Assembly (NCBI GenBank): GCA_022844165.1
Contig: JALHMH010000041.1
Location: 1 to 39,481, forward strand
DNA from: Lysobacterales bacterium
GTDB taxonomy: Bacteria; Pseudomonadota; Gammaproteobacteria; Xanthomonadales; SZUA-5
DNA: 39,481 bases
Direction of reading: 5' to 3'
Each line of letters opens with the position of its first letter. The stretch's first letter is position 1. Shown here in pieces: positions 27,445-36,877 of the stretch. Position numbers and translations under genes: made by a program. The notes under the pieces are model-generated. The model saw only the letters and a list, made by a program, of their open reading frames with translations, made no database searches and was not told the DNA's origin.

Positions 27445-28002
27445 ATGACAGTCCGGTGGTTGAGATACGGCAGTACGATCTTGGCGTTGGGTCTCCTCGG
27501 GGGCCTGCCTTCGGCACTGACGGCTGGAACAACGGGTGCCGCCGTTGATCAAGGCGTTGCACCGGCGTTTGTGGAAAAGGGAACAACCGCCCGTGGTGAG
27601 ATGTTGTATCTCGCTCTGACGCAGTGGTATCCGAGCCACACCGTGTCGGATCGAATTCACTATTCATTCGAATACGGGAATGGCAAAAGCTCTGCGCTTG
27701 ATGGCGTTGGAAGCATGAAATTGGCGCTGGAAGCGCTCGGTCAGCTAAAGAACTATATCTTTCCCTCCGATCCAAATCCGCCGACGCATCCAGGATGGAT
27801 AGGACAACGCGAGCCCAATAACTATTGCGGCATGATCTCGATAGGCAACGGGTCGATCACGGGGGACATTTCGGTTGAGTATGAGTATCGATACACTCGC
27901 GATGCTGACCGTGACGGAACCAATGATTCGGACCCGGAATGGGTGATCGTCAACATTGGATTTCAAGAATGGCCCCCGAACGTTACGCGATTCTGCGAAT
28001 AG
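27445..28002 (+). CDS. Orphan secreted hypothetical protein
   Basis: GGAG RBS; signal peptide; DADRDGTNDSD motif; two Cys; visibly more AT-rich than its neighbours. Confidence 0.75.
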   Translation: MTVRWLRYGSTILALGLLGGLPSALTAGTTGAAVDQGVAPAFVEKGTTARGEMLYLALTQWYPSHTVSDRIHYSFEYGNGKSSALDGVGSMKLALEALGQLKNYIFPSDPNPPTHPGWIGQREPNNYCGMISIGNGSITGDISVEYEYRYTRDADRDGTNDSDPEWVIVNIGFQEWPPNVTRFCE

Positions 28003-28174
28003 CGTAGTGGTTCGAAAAAATCCGCAACCCCTGGACTTACCGGCAAGCTCGCTCTGACGTTGGGCGTTGGCACCGGCATTGGTGTGCGCAGTCACCACAT
28101 TGGGTGCGTGTCTGCGCATGGCCTTGTGACGAAACCCAAGCCGATTCGGCTCCTGATACCGCTATCGTGTAGCG

Positions 28175-28987
28175 ATGGCGTCGATTCGCACTCCAGCACT
28201 GATTTTGTTCTTTCTGCTCCTGGCAGCCATGTTGTGCTGGCAGTTCTGGCCGCATCCGCCGGACCAGCCGTATTGGGATCGCGCGCTGCTCGCGCCGCTG
28301 GCGGACTGGCGGCATCCGCTGGGCACAGATGCCATTGGTCGCGATTTGTTTTCGCGTGTGCTGCTGGCCAGCGCCATGTCGGCGCTGATCGGGCTGGGGG
28401 CCGGCCTGATGGCAGCGCTGATCGGCGTGCTGATCGGTGCAACCGCCGGTTACGTTGGTGGTGTGCTTGATGAAGCGCTGATGCGGGTGGTGGATGTATT
28501 GCTTGCCTTGCCACTGTTACTCATCGCCATTTTGCTGCTGGCATTCTTCGAACCGAATTTGTGGTTGCTGATGTTCCTGGTGGGTGTTTTTGGTGCGCTC
28601 GATGTGGCACGCACGATGCGGCTTGAGGCGCGGCGCCTGGCGAGTATGGAGTTCGTGCTGGCCGCGCAGTTGCAAGGTCACAGCGCCGCGCACGTGCTCA
28701 GCCACCATGTGCTGCCGAACCTGCGCCCGGCGCTGTTGACCGCTGTTGGCGTGATCGTGCCGCAGGCGATTCTGGTCGAGTCGTTCCTGGCGTTCCTGGG
28801 ATTGTCGCCGAGCGAGCGTATCGGCAGTCTGGGCAGCCTGTTGGCAGAAGGCGTGCAGGACATGGCCTACGCGCCATGGATGCTGCTGATCCCGGCACTG
28901 GCAATGGCCACCGTGCTGATTTGTTTCGGCTTGATCGGCGACCGTTTGCGCGATTCACGCCGCGCAGCTTTGGGGGACGAGGCTTGA
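28175..28987 (+). CDS. Peptide/nickel ABC transporter permease, OppC/DppC family
   Basis: HPLGTDAIGRDLFSR, GYVGG.LD..LMRVVD, EFVLAA..G, HVLPN, ESFLAFLGL. Confidence 0.92.
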   Translation: MASIRTPALILFFLLLAAMLCWQFWPHPPDQPYWDRALLAPLADWRHPLGTDAIGRDLFSRVLLASAMSALIGLGAGLMAALIGVLIGATAGYVGGVLDEALMRVVDVLLALPLLLIAILLLAFFEPNLWLLMFLVGVFGALDVARTMRLEARRLASMEFVLAAQLQGHSAAHVLSHHVLPNLRPALLTAVGVIVPQAILVESFLAFLGLSPSERIGSLGSLLAEGVQDMAYAPWMLLIPALAMATVLICFGLIGDRLRDSRRAALGDEA

Positions 28988-30381
28988 CTCTGCGCATCGA
29001 CGACATGTCTGTCTATGCGGGCGAGCAGCGTTTGGCCGGGCCCGTGAGTTTCGAGCTCGCGCCCGGCGAGACGATGGCGCTCGTAGGCGCGTCCGGCAGC
29101 GGCAAGTCGCTCACGGCGCGCGCCGTGCTCGGTCTGTTGCCGTCGCCTTTGCGCGCCCACGGCGCGGTCGCGTGGAACGGCGAACGGCTCAATGGCGAAG
29201 CCACATTTCGACGTGTGCGCGGCGGGCAGCTGGCCTATGTGTTCCAGGACGCCGCGAGCAATCTGCATCCGCTGCGGCGATTGTCCGGCCAGTTCCACGA
29301 GTGTCTCTGTGTGCATCGACCGACGCTGTCGCGATCGGCGCGATGCGAGGTCATCGCCGAGGCCCTGGGCGCGCTGCGGCTCGATCCACAATTGCTCAAG
29401 CGCTTTCCACAGGAGCTCAGTGGCGGTCAGCGGCAGCGAGCGCTGATGGCGCTCACGTTGTTACCCGCGCCACAAGTGCTGATCGCCGACGAGCCCACCA
29501 GCGCACTCGATCCGACGCTTGCGCGGGAGATGCTGGATCTGCTGTTCGAACAGTGTCAGCGGCGCGGGATGTCGCTGCTGTTGATTACCCACGATGTGCA
29601 CGCGGCGGCGCGGTGCGCGCGCTCGCTACGCCTCGACGTCGGCGAAACCGCAACACTGCCGACGCGGCAGCCGCGCCCGGCACGCACCGAAGCTGCGCTC
29701 GAATGCGCCGGTTTGACGGCACTACATCGCCGCCGTTGGTGGCGTCGCGAGGAGCCGGCGCTCATGGCCGTAGACCTCGCATTGCATCGTGGCGAACGCG
29801 TTGCGGTCCACGGCGGTTCCGGTAGCGGCAAGTCCACGCTCGCGCTGGCGCTGCTCGGCCTGAAGCCCATTCTGGCTGGTGATCTACGTTGGTTTGGCCA
29901 GTCGATCCGGCGCTTGCCCGGTTCTGCGCTGCGCGGATTGCGGCCTCGTGTGCAGATGGTCTTTCAGGATCCCTATCGCAGCCTGAATCCGGCGCAGCGC
30001 ATTGATGCGATGTTGCACGAAGCCCGTTCCTGCACGCGACGCCCGACGCGCACAATCGCGCAGTGGTTAGAGGCCGTATCTTTGCCGGCTGAGTACGCGC
30101 AGCGTTACCCGAGTCAGCTCTCCGGTGGACAACGGCAACGCCTGGCGCTGGCGCGCGCGCTGGCCACCGAAGCGGAGGTGCTCGTATGCGACGAGGCCAC
30201 CAGCGCACTCGATCCCGTCAACGAAGCGCGCATCGTCTCGCTGATCGATTCGCTGGCGGAAGAACGCGATCTGGCGCTGCTTTTGATCAGCCACAGCACA
30301 GCGGTCAGTGCGGCCCTGTGCGATCGCGCCATTGAGATGGCACGTGGGTGCGTGGTGCCGATGGCATCCGTTGGTGCGTGA
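28984..30381 (+). CDS. Peptide ABC transporter ATP-binding protein with two fused NBDs (OppD/F- or YejF-like)
   Basis: Two sets of Walker A (GASGSGKS, GGSGSGKS), LSGGQRQR, DEPT/DEAT and H-loops; TTG start overlaps the permease TGA. Confidence 0.9.
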   Translation: MTLRIDDMSVYAGEQRLAGPVSFELAPGETMALVGASGSGKSLTARAVLGLLPSPLRAHGAVAWNGERLNGEATFRRVRGGQLAYVFQDAASNLHPLRRLSGQFHECLCVHRPTLSRSARCEVIAEALGALRLDPQLLKRFPQELSGGQRQRALMALTLLPAPQVLIADEPTSALDPTLAREMLDLLFEQCQRRGMSLLLITHDVHAAARCARSLRLDVGETATLPTRQPRPARTEAALECAGLTALHRRRWWRREEPALMAVDLALHRGERVAVHGGSGSGKSTLALALLGLKPILAGDLRWFGQSIRRLPGSALRGLRPRVQMVFQDPYRSLNPAQRIDAMLHEARSCTRRPTRTIAQWLEAVSLPAEYAQRYPSQLSGGQRQRLALARALATEAEVLVCDEATSALDPVNEARIVSLIDSLAEERDLALLLISHSTAVSAALCDRAIEMARGCVVPMASVGA

Positions 30382-30447
30382 CAACACGCGCCGGGCGTGC
30401 CATGTTTTCCGCGGCACCCAACACCCACATCGCAACCACAAGAGACA

Positions 30448-31233
30448 ATGATGAACCTGAACCTGAAAGGCCAACACGCGCTAGTCGGCGGCGCGACGCA
30501 AGGCATCGGGCGCGCCAGTGCGCTGGCACTGGCACAGCTGGGTGCAACAGTGACGATCCTCGGCCGCGATGCGCAACGGATGGCCGCAACGCTGGATGCA
30601 CTGAACGATCTGGGCGGTGCAGGGCATGTCGGTCTGGCGGTCAGTTTCGACGATCGTGTGGCCTTGCGCGAACGCGTTGCCGAGCATCTTGCCGAGCATC
30701 CGGCGCAGATTCTGGTGAACAACACCGGCGGCCCGCCACCGGGTGCGATCGCAGCCGCGACCGACGAGCAGTTTCTGGCCACGTTCGGCCAACATCTGCT
30801 GGTCAATCGACTGCTGGTCGAACTCGTGTTGCCGGCCATGCGCGCCGCGCGTTTTGGCCGGATCGTCAACGTCATCTCAACCTCGGTCAAAGAACCGATA
30901 CCGGGCCTGGGGGTGTCGAACACCATTCGTGGCGCCGTCGCTGCATGGGCTAAAACGCTGGCCGGCGAAGTTGCGGTCGACGGCATCACAGTCAACAACG
31001 TGTTGCCGGGTTACACGCGCACCGCGCGGCTGGATGGATTGATCGCCAGCAAGGTCAGACCAGAATCCAATGCCGATGCCGTCGCAGCTACGATGCTGGC
31101 GCACGTACCGATGCGACGCTTCGCCAGCGCCGAAGAAGTTGCCAACGTCGTGGCCTTTTTGTGCTCGCCCGCGGCATCGTATGTCACGGGAATCAACGTG
31201 CCGGTGGACGGTGGTCGGACGCTGTCGCTTTGA
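30448..31233 (+). CDS. SDR family oxidoreductase (BKR-like atypical subgroup)
   Basis: GGATQGIG, NNTGGPPPG, SNTIR at the catalytic helix, NNVLPGYT.T, SYVTG...VDGG. Confidence 0.92.
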   Translation: MMNLNLKGQHALVGGATQGIGRASALALAQLGATVTILGRDAQRMAATLDALNDLGGAGHVGLAVSFDDRVALRERVAEHLAEHPAQILVNNTGGPPPGAIAAATDEQFLATFGQHLLVNRLLVELVLPAMRAARFGRIVNVISTSVKEPIPGLGVSNTIRGAVAAWAKTLAGEVAVDGITVNNVLPGYTRTARLDGLIASKVRPESNADAVAATMLAHVPMRRFASAEEVANVVAFLCSPAASYVTGINVPVDGGRTLSL

Positions 31234-31352
31234 TAGCGGATTGGCCTTGATCACACGAACACGAAGAGACGAGACTCAGGGGAAGTTGCGCATTGTTTGA
31301 GTCTTCGTTCCCTGGTGTGAATTGCTCCGACGAAAGCAGGGCTGCGCGCGAT

Positions 31353-32138
31353 CTAAGCGTCGAACCACGCGCCGCGCAGGCGCGCCAATAGCGCCTGCAA
31401 ATAACGATGCTCGCGCACCAGCACGCGTCGTGCCTCTTCGTGTTCCGGATGCAAAGCTTCCACCACGGCCCAGAACTTCGGCCCATGGCCATGCTCGATA
31501 AAGTGCGCCATTTCGTGTGCCAGGACGTACTCAGCAACATGCTCATGCGGAAACGCCAGCGCCAGATTCAGCGTAATCGCGCCCTGCGGCGACAGACTGC
31601 CCCAAAGGCTGCTCATCGGCCGAATTCGCAGGTCCTGGCACTGGCGGCCGACCCGCCGCTCAAGGTCTGTCAGCCAACAGCGCGCCTTGGCCGTCAACGC
31701 GTCGGTGAGGCTGGCGATGACCAGCCGCTGGATCGCGCGAACCGGTTGTCCACGATGCAGGGGTACGCGGCAATCGATATGGTCGGCGTGCACTGTCAAG
31801 CGCGCCGGCCCGTCCTGAAAGTGCATCGGCAACAGTTTGCCAAACCACGGTACGCGCCCCGGCCAGGTCGGATCCAGTTTCAGGTCTGCGGCGGCGCGAT
31901 CGTGGATGCGGCGGTGCGAGCGTACGGTACGTTCCAACCACGCCCGGTGTTCGTCGAAGAACGCCTGCGCGCGTACCAATGCGGTGTTCTCCGGCCAGAC
32001 GAACAACACCTCGCCCTGGCCCAGTGCAATCTTCATGCGTGCGCGCGCCGGGCGCTCGATCACCAGCGGCCAGCCGTGGATGCTCTCGGGAAACGCCGCG
32101 ACGATCTGCGTCCGCGGAATCTGCAATCGAGCGCTCAA
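31353..32138 (-). CDS. YgjP/DUF45 (SprT-like) zinc metallohydrolase
   Basis: MSSLWGS, LNLAL, YVLAHEMAH..HGPKFWAVV; TTG start overlaps the rdgC stop. Confidence 0.87.
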   Translation of the reverse strand: MSARLQIPRTQIVAAFPESIHGWPLVIERPARARMKIALGQGEVLFVWPENTALVRAQAFFDEHRAWLERTVRSHRRIHDRAAADLKLDPTWPGRVPWFGKLLPMHFQDGPARLTVHADHIDCRVPLHRGQPVRAIQRLVIASLTDALTAKARCWLTDLERRVGRQCQDLRIRPMSSLWGSLSPQGAITLNLALAFPHEHVAEYVLAHEMAHFIEHGHGPKFWAVVEALHPEHEEARRVLVREHRYLQALLARLRGAWFDA

Positions 32139-33031
32139 TCGACGAATCTCAGTATTCCGTGCAGGTGTTCGAAAAGGCGGCGCAATTCCAAACTCATCAG
32201 CGTGAATTCTGCGTCGAGCACGGTGGCCTGGTCGGCGCCATCCTGCACATCAAGCTGGTCGGCCACGATGTCGAGAAACTTGAGCTTGCGCAGTTTCATC
32301 TTCGCATCCAGTACGAAACTCAACCGGTCTTCGAACACCAGACTGAGCTGGCTCACCTGTTTGCCCACACGTGCGTGTTCGCGCACTTCATCGGCGCCGA
32401 GATCGTGGCGCTTGCACTTGATCTGCGAGGTGTTGTCGGAGGGGTCCTTGAGCTCGCACTCGTCCCCCAATCCGAAGCCTTCCGGCGGCTCGCCGGCGAT
32501 CAGCCATTCGGTCATCAGCAATGGTAAGGACGTTTCGGTTGCCAACGGACGTGAGGGGAAACTACCCAGCGCCTCGCGCAGCACGCTGGCGAAAGTTTCG
32601 GCCGCTTTGTCGCTGCTGCTATCAACAACCAGCATCCGGCTCTTCGGGTCGAAATAGGCCGGCGTGCGCGAACGTTGGATGAAGGCGCGGGGCAGCAGGT
32701 CCCCAAGTACCGCATCGCGCATTTCGGCGCGCAAGCGTTTGCCGGGTTTGCGCCCGGTCTTTGCTTCGTGGTCGGCGAATTTTTGATCAAGCGCGTCGCG
32801 CACCACGGACGATGGCAGCAGGCGCGCTTCCGTGCCCAGGTGAAACAACACCGCGCCGCCGCTGCTATGACTGAGCGCGCCGCCGTCGCCGAAGGGCGAG
32901 ATGAAGCCGCGGGTTTCCAGCTCCAAAGGTCCAGGGCTGCGGAGCGCTTTTTCGGTCAGCGTTTCGTCGATTGCGGTGGGTAGGGAGAAGTCGGCAGGCA
33001 GGCGCAGGAGTGACGCATTCTTAAACCACAT
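32135..33031 (-). CDS. rdgC: Recombination-associated protein RdgC
   Basis: MWFKN start, [32 protein letters not shown]. Confidence 0.94.
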   Translation of the reverse strand: MWFKNASLLRLPADFSLPTAIDETLTEKALRSPGPLELETRGFISPFGDGGALSHSSGGAVLFHLGTEARLLPSSVVRDALDQKFADHEAKTGRKPGKRLRAEMRDAVLGDLLPRAFIQRSRTPAYFDPKSRMLVVDSSSDKAAETFASVLREALGSFPSRPLATETSLPLLMTEWLIAGEPPEGFGLGDECELKDPSDNTSQIKCKRHDLGADEVREHARVGKQVSQLSLVFEDRLSFVLDAKMKLRKLKFLDIVADQLDVQDGADQATVLDAEFTLMSLELRRLFEHLHGILRFVD

Positions 33032-33884
33032 GTACAACCTCAGGAAACGAAGGGGTTTCGCTCGCAAGCCACGCGTGCGCATCTGCGCCAGCGCTGCCCT
33101 TGGAGCCTAGATTCTGGAAATCGAACAGAGCGCGGTCCGCCAACTGCGAAGGGCGAACATTGCATAAGCTTCGAAAGATGTTTTCGATGCGGCCCGGATG
33201 CTCGCGCTCCCAGGCGTGCAGCATGGACTTGATGATCTTGCGCTGCGCGTTTTCTTGCGAGCCGCACAAGTTGCAAGGGATGATCGGGAAACCGCGCAAA
33301 TTCGCGTAGTCGATCAAATCGTCCTCCGGCACATACGCCAGCGGGCGAATCACAATGTGCTTGCCGTCGTCGCTCAGCAGTTTGGGTGGCATCGCAGAGA
33401 TTTTGGTGCCATGGAACATATTGAGGAATAGCGTTTCGACGATGTCATCGCGGTGATGTCCGAGCGCGATCTTGTTGAAACCCTGTTCCTCGGCATAGCT
33501 GTACAGCGCGCCGCGTCGCAGCCGCGAGCACAAGCCGCACATCGTCTTGCCTTCTGGCACCACACGCTTGACCACACTATAGGTGTCCTGCTCCAGAATC
33601 TCGAAAGGCACACCAGTACTCGCCAGGTACTTCGGCAGTACATCGGCCGGATAGTCCGGTTGTTTCTGATCCAAGTGCACGGCCCGCAGCTCGAAGCGCA
33701 CTGGCGCCTTTTTCTGCAGCGCCTGCAGCACATCCAACAGCGCGTACGAATCCTTGCCCCCGGACAGGCATACCATGACGCGATCGCCATCTTCGATCAT
33801 GTTGTAGTCGGCGATCGCCTGTCCGACGAAGCGGCGCAGGCGCTTGACCAACTTCTGCTGATTGACGCTCATCGAAGCGGACAT
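33021..33884 (-). CDS. ttcA: tRNA 2-thiocytidine(32) synthetase
   Basis: PP-loop [37 protein letters not shown]. Confidence 0.96.
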   Translation of the reverse strand: MSASMSVNQQKLVKRLRRFVGQAIADYNMIEDGDRVMVCLSGGKDSYALLDVLQALQKKAPVRFELRAVHLDQKQPDYPADVLPKYLASTGVPFEILEQDTYSVVKRVVPEGKTMCGLCSRLRRGALYSYAEEQGFNKIALGHHRDDIVETLFLNMFHGTKISAMPPKLLSDDGKHIVIRPLAYVPEDDLIDYANLRGFPIIPCNLCGSQENAQRKIIKSMLHAWEREHPGRIENIFRSLCNVRPSQLADRALFDFQNLGSKGSAGADAHAWLASETPSFPEVVHVV

Positions 33885-34001
33885 GGCGGATGGATGAGAG
33901 GAAGACGGCGGGCGAGTCTACGCGTGTGGCGGCAAAGCCGTCATCGTTTGCCTCATCGAGAGTTAAGATAGTCGCCCCAAGATCGTTCCGCGGCGCGTCA
34001 G

Positions 34002-34205
34002 ATGCTCCAAGACCAGGCTTACATCGCGCAAAAAATCACCGAGCTGCGGGTGGAGCATCGTGATCTCGATGCCATGATCGAACGACTGGCCACCATCGAA
34101 AGCATGGATGAGCTCGCGCTCAAGCGAATGAAGAAGCGCAAGCTGCGGCTCAAGGACATGATCGCTGCGCTGGAGAGCCGTTTGATTCCCGATCTGGATG
34201 CTTAG
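34002..34205 (+). CDS. DUF465/YdcH-family small coiled-coil protein
   Basis: EHRDLD..I, RMKKRKLRLKD.I, C-terminal IPDLDA. Confidence 0.88.
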   Translation: MLQDQAYIAQKITELRVEHRDLDAMIERLATIESMDELALKRMKKRKLRLKDMIAALESRLIPDLDA

Positions 34206-34221
34206 TCCGGACATTTCGTGA
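34203..34221 (+). repeat. Dispersed repeat family, short copy 3, starting at the DUF465 TAG stop
   Basis: TAGTCCGGACATTTCGTGA matches the reverse complement of 7575-7593 at 18/19. Confidence 0.7.
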
Positions 34222-34256
34222 CGTCGCGAAGAACTGTACGGAGCACGCGCGGACCC

Positions 34257-34288
34257 TTGCATCTTTAATACGAACGATTATCATTAGC
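34257..34288 (+). promoter_or_regulatory. Sigma70-like promoter overlapped by a Fur box upstream of hemP
   Basis: TTGCAT-N16-TATCAT (34257-34284). 34270-34288 read on the - strand (GCTAATGATAATCGTTCGT) matches the GATAATGATAATCATTATC consensus at 14/19. Confidence 0.72.
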
Positions 34289-34314
34289 ATCGTTTCGTGA
34301 GACCGGAGTGCCGC

Positions 34315-34488
34315 GTGAACCCGATACCAACGACGCCTGCTCAGGCAGGCCATACGCCGCCGGCGCAGGCAACAAAGATCAACAGCCAGGATCTCCTTCG
34401 CGCAGATAAAGTCGTGTGGATCGCCCATGGCGATGCCTGGTATCGATTGGCAGAAACACGCAGCGGAAAATTGATCTTGACCAAATAG
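34315..34488 (+). CDS. hemP: Hemin uptake protein HemP/HmuP
   Basis: INSQDLL...V.IAH...YRL..TRSGKLILTK C-terminus; GGAG RBS before GTG; Fur box upstream. Confidence 0.9.
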   Translation: MNPIPTTPAQAGHTPPAQATKINSQDLLRADKVVWIAHGDAWYRLAETRSGKLILTK

Positions 34489-34555
34489 CCAGGCAACGCC
34501 AAACCGCTGCCCGGTCACCCATTCTTCGCTGCTGGTACCTGAGGAGGAACGCGCC

Positions 34556-35053
34556 ATGGAAGCCCTGATGCAGGCCCACGGAGCAAGATTCGATCCGTTG
34601 CTGCGCTGTGTTGCCCAACAGCGCGATCCCTTCGATGGTTCGGAACTCCTTCGCTACGCGGTGCGTTTGCGGTTACCGATGAATGCGGCACGCGTATTCG
34701 ATTGCCTGCGCAATCTCGAATGCCTTGCCGACTGGTGGCCGCGCGCAATACGCGTGCGGTCATTGCCACCGGGCGTCTTTGGCGTCGGCGATATGGGCAT
34801 CGTCGAACTGACGCACGACACGGCATGGTTTCGGGTCATGCATTACAAGCCCGATCGGCGCCTCGTGTTGGCACTCGTCAGCCGAAAAGACGTGCTGCTG
34901 ATCGATCTGCGCTGGCACGAGCCAGACAAGTTGGAACTCGTGCTCGAAGCGCCGCGACGAGGGCGGCGCTTCGGCGCCTTCTGGCAATCGCTGTGGCTGA
35001 AATTGCTGTGCGTGCGTGCCTCTCGCGCCCTGGAAAAGCACTTGGCCGGCTAA
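34556..35053 (+). CDS. SRPBCC/START-like domain protein
   Basis: GAGGAGG RBS; VF..L.N...LADWWP pattern typical of the SRPBCC N-terminus. Confidence 0.65.
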   Translation: MEALMQAHGARFDPLLRCVAQQRDPFDGSELLRYAVRLRLPMNAARVFDCLRNLECLADWWPRAIRVRSLPPGVFGVGDMGIVELTHDTAWFRVMHYKPDRRLVLALVSRKDVLLIDLRWHEPDKLELVLEAPRRGRRFGAFWQSLWLKLLCVRASRALEKHLAG

Positions 35054-35071
35054 GGCTGCAGAGCGGTCCGA

Positions 35072-35818
35072 TCAGTCCAATATCGCGGCGATCTCTTGTT
35101 GCGCCCGCGGGTCGTCGCTCTGGCCCAGCCAGAACAGAGCACGCTTGCGCGTTTCGATCGGCTGCGACGGCTGCTTGAGGACTCGCAGCAGCGCATTCGT
35201 ACCGCGCGCTGCGGGCAGCTGCGACAACGCAAACACCAACTGCTCGTCATCGCCGGCGTCGCCCTCAAGCGCCGCGAACAGCATTGTCTCGGCGCTGGGA
35301 CGCGCCAACCGGGCGATCCAGAACCAGGCTTCATCGCGGGCATCGCCGCGACCGCGCCCGGCACGGCTCTTCAGTTCAGCCGCTGCCGCATCGTTACCGT
35401 GCGCTGCGAGTGCCGGATACAAACGATGGTGGTCGATGTCCAGTTTGGCGACAGAACGCAGGCTCTCATCGCTGCCACGCACGCCAAGATCGGCAATTGC
35501 GGCGCGGCTCTTGACTGGGCAGGCATCGTCGTACACCCGCGCGTCGCGCAACACGCCGTTCTCGACCCGAACATAGACCCGCGCTTTGGTGCCTTCTCCG
35601 AAATCGGTAAAGCTCACCGAGCGGCTATCGAGGTTGCATTGTCGATTCTTGCTCCGCCAATCGTCGCCAACGAAACAGCACCAGGTGGGTGTGCCGGCGG
35701 GCACTTCGATTTGCCAGCTCGACCAGCCCTCGCGCGGTTCGATGCGACTGTTGGCCAGAGCGCTCAACGACACAAACAACGCAGCACCTGTCAGGAAACT
35801 GTAGTCGGCAATGTTCAT
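35072..35818 (-). CDS. Exported HEAT-repeat-like protein
   Basis: Signal peptide; N-terminal Cys-containing beta domain (WCCF...C...C); helical repeats EAWFWIA, VFALSQL, RKRALFWLGQSDDP. Confidence 0.8.
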   Translation of the reverse strand: MNIADYSFLTGAALFVSLSALANSRIEPREGWSSWQIEVPAGTPTWCCFVGDDWRSKNRQCNLDSRSVSFTDFGEGTKARVYVRVENGVLRDARVYDDACPVKSRAAIADLGVRGSDESLRSVAKLDIDHHRLYPALAAHGNDAAAAELKSRAGRGRGDARDEAWFWIARLARPSAETMLFAALEGDAGDDEQLVFALSQLPAARGTNALLRVLKQPSQPIETRKRALFWLGQSDDPRAQQEIAAILD

Positions 35819-36855
35819 GGCACGTTCCCCTGCAGTGCGGCGTCGATGGCATCGATCGCCGCGTCGCCGCCGAGTAGTGTCAGCGTGCGCAGAATCGCCT
35901 TTTTCTCAACCGGGTTCTGCGCATTTGTGTACAGCGCCATCAAAGCCTTTTCTTCGCCTGCGATCATCAGGCCCTGCAGCGCAGCCTCCTTGATTTCCGC
36001 ATCACCACTGGAGCGATACAACGCGCTCAGCGCGACAGCGGCTTCCGGTTTGTCGACGATGCCGATACTCTGAATCGCCTCGAGCTGGATAGCGCGGTCT
36101 TTGGCAGTGCGCGCCAGATTCTCCAAGCTCTTCAGGTCGCCGGAAATCGCGTATGCCTGCACCAATTCTTCCGAGTGTTTGCCGGCATCTCCAAGCTGAC
36201 GTAACTCGTCGACCGCACCCATCGCGCCGAGCGTACGCACGATCGCCGCAAAATCCTCGTCCTTGGCGTTTTGCGCCAAATCCAGCAGCGCGTCCTTGCG
36301 ATCCGAGATCAGGTAGGCGCTCAGAATCTCCTCGCGCAGCGCCGGCTCGCTCGCATACATGGACTTCAACGCCGCCAGTGCCGCCGGCTTGCCGCCAATG
36401 CCGATCATCCGCACCGCCTCGCCACGCAGCGGAAGCGAACCGCTCTTGGCAACATCGAGCAAAATCGTCTGCGCTTCCGGCGCATCATTCTGACTGAGCA
36501 CAAACAGCGCACGCGCCTTCACCAGATCCGACTTCTGGCCCGCGAGCACGCGCTTCAGCAGCGGCAGCGCGCGCGCCGGCGGCGCAGCCATGAGTCCCTC
36601 CAGCGCGGCGATCGCCAGCGCCTCGTCGTCGGTGGGTGCGCGTGACGACAGGCTCTGTCCAAGTCCTCTTAAAGGCGCCAGTTCGGCCTGTTGCGCGGCG
36701 ATTCCCTTCGCAAGCTCAGCTTGCGACTTCGCCATCTCGGCGTGCGCTCGCGCCTGCGATTGCGCCAAGGCGCGTTCGGCTTGCGCAGTCTGTGGTGTCT
36801 GGCCGAATGCCGATCCCGCGAGCACCAGGCAGATCGCTATCGTCAAATACTTCAT
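35815..36855 (-). CDS. Exported HEAT-repeat protein
   Basis: Signal peptide MKYLTIAICL..AFG; GGAG RBS; tandem helical repeats (KARALFVLSQ, EAVRMIGI, EAIQSIGI, EAALQGL). Confidence 0.85.
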   Translation of the reverse strand: MKYLTIAICLVLAGSAFGQTPQTAQAERALAQSQARAHAEMAKSQAELAKGIAAQQAELAPLRGLGQSLSSRAPTDDEALAIAALEGLMAAPPARALPLLKRVLAGQKSDLVKARALFVLSQNDAPEAQTILLDVAKSGSLPLRGEAVRMIGIGGKPAALAALKSMYASEPALREEILSAYLISDRKDALLDLAQNAKDEDFAAIVRTLGAMGAVDELRQLGDAGKHSEELVQAYAISGDLKSLENLARTAKDRAIQLEAIQSIGIVDKPEAAVALSALYRSSGDAEIKEAALQGLMIAGEEKALMALYTNAQNPVEKKAILRTLTLLGGDAAIDAIDAALQGNVP

Positions 36856-36877
36856 TCCATTCTCCGTTATGGCGCCG

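Noticed and set aside
27143-28699. Duplicated permease segments as a diversity-generating retroelement template/variable repeat, or as intron splicing
   Set aside because: No reverse transcriptase in the window, mismatches are not adenine-specific, and no intron features are present. Decay of a duplicate explains it more simply.
30448-31233. SDR lacking YxxxK as a pseudogene
   Set aside because: The frame is intact, and SNxxR at this position is typical of a known atypical BKR-like SDR subgroup.
11026-33884. tus genes and ttcA as one tRNA-thiolation cluster
   Set aside because: They are 21 kb apart, and TtcA is Fe-S dependent and does not use the Tus relay.
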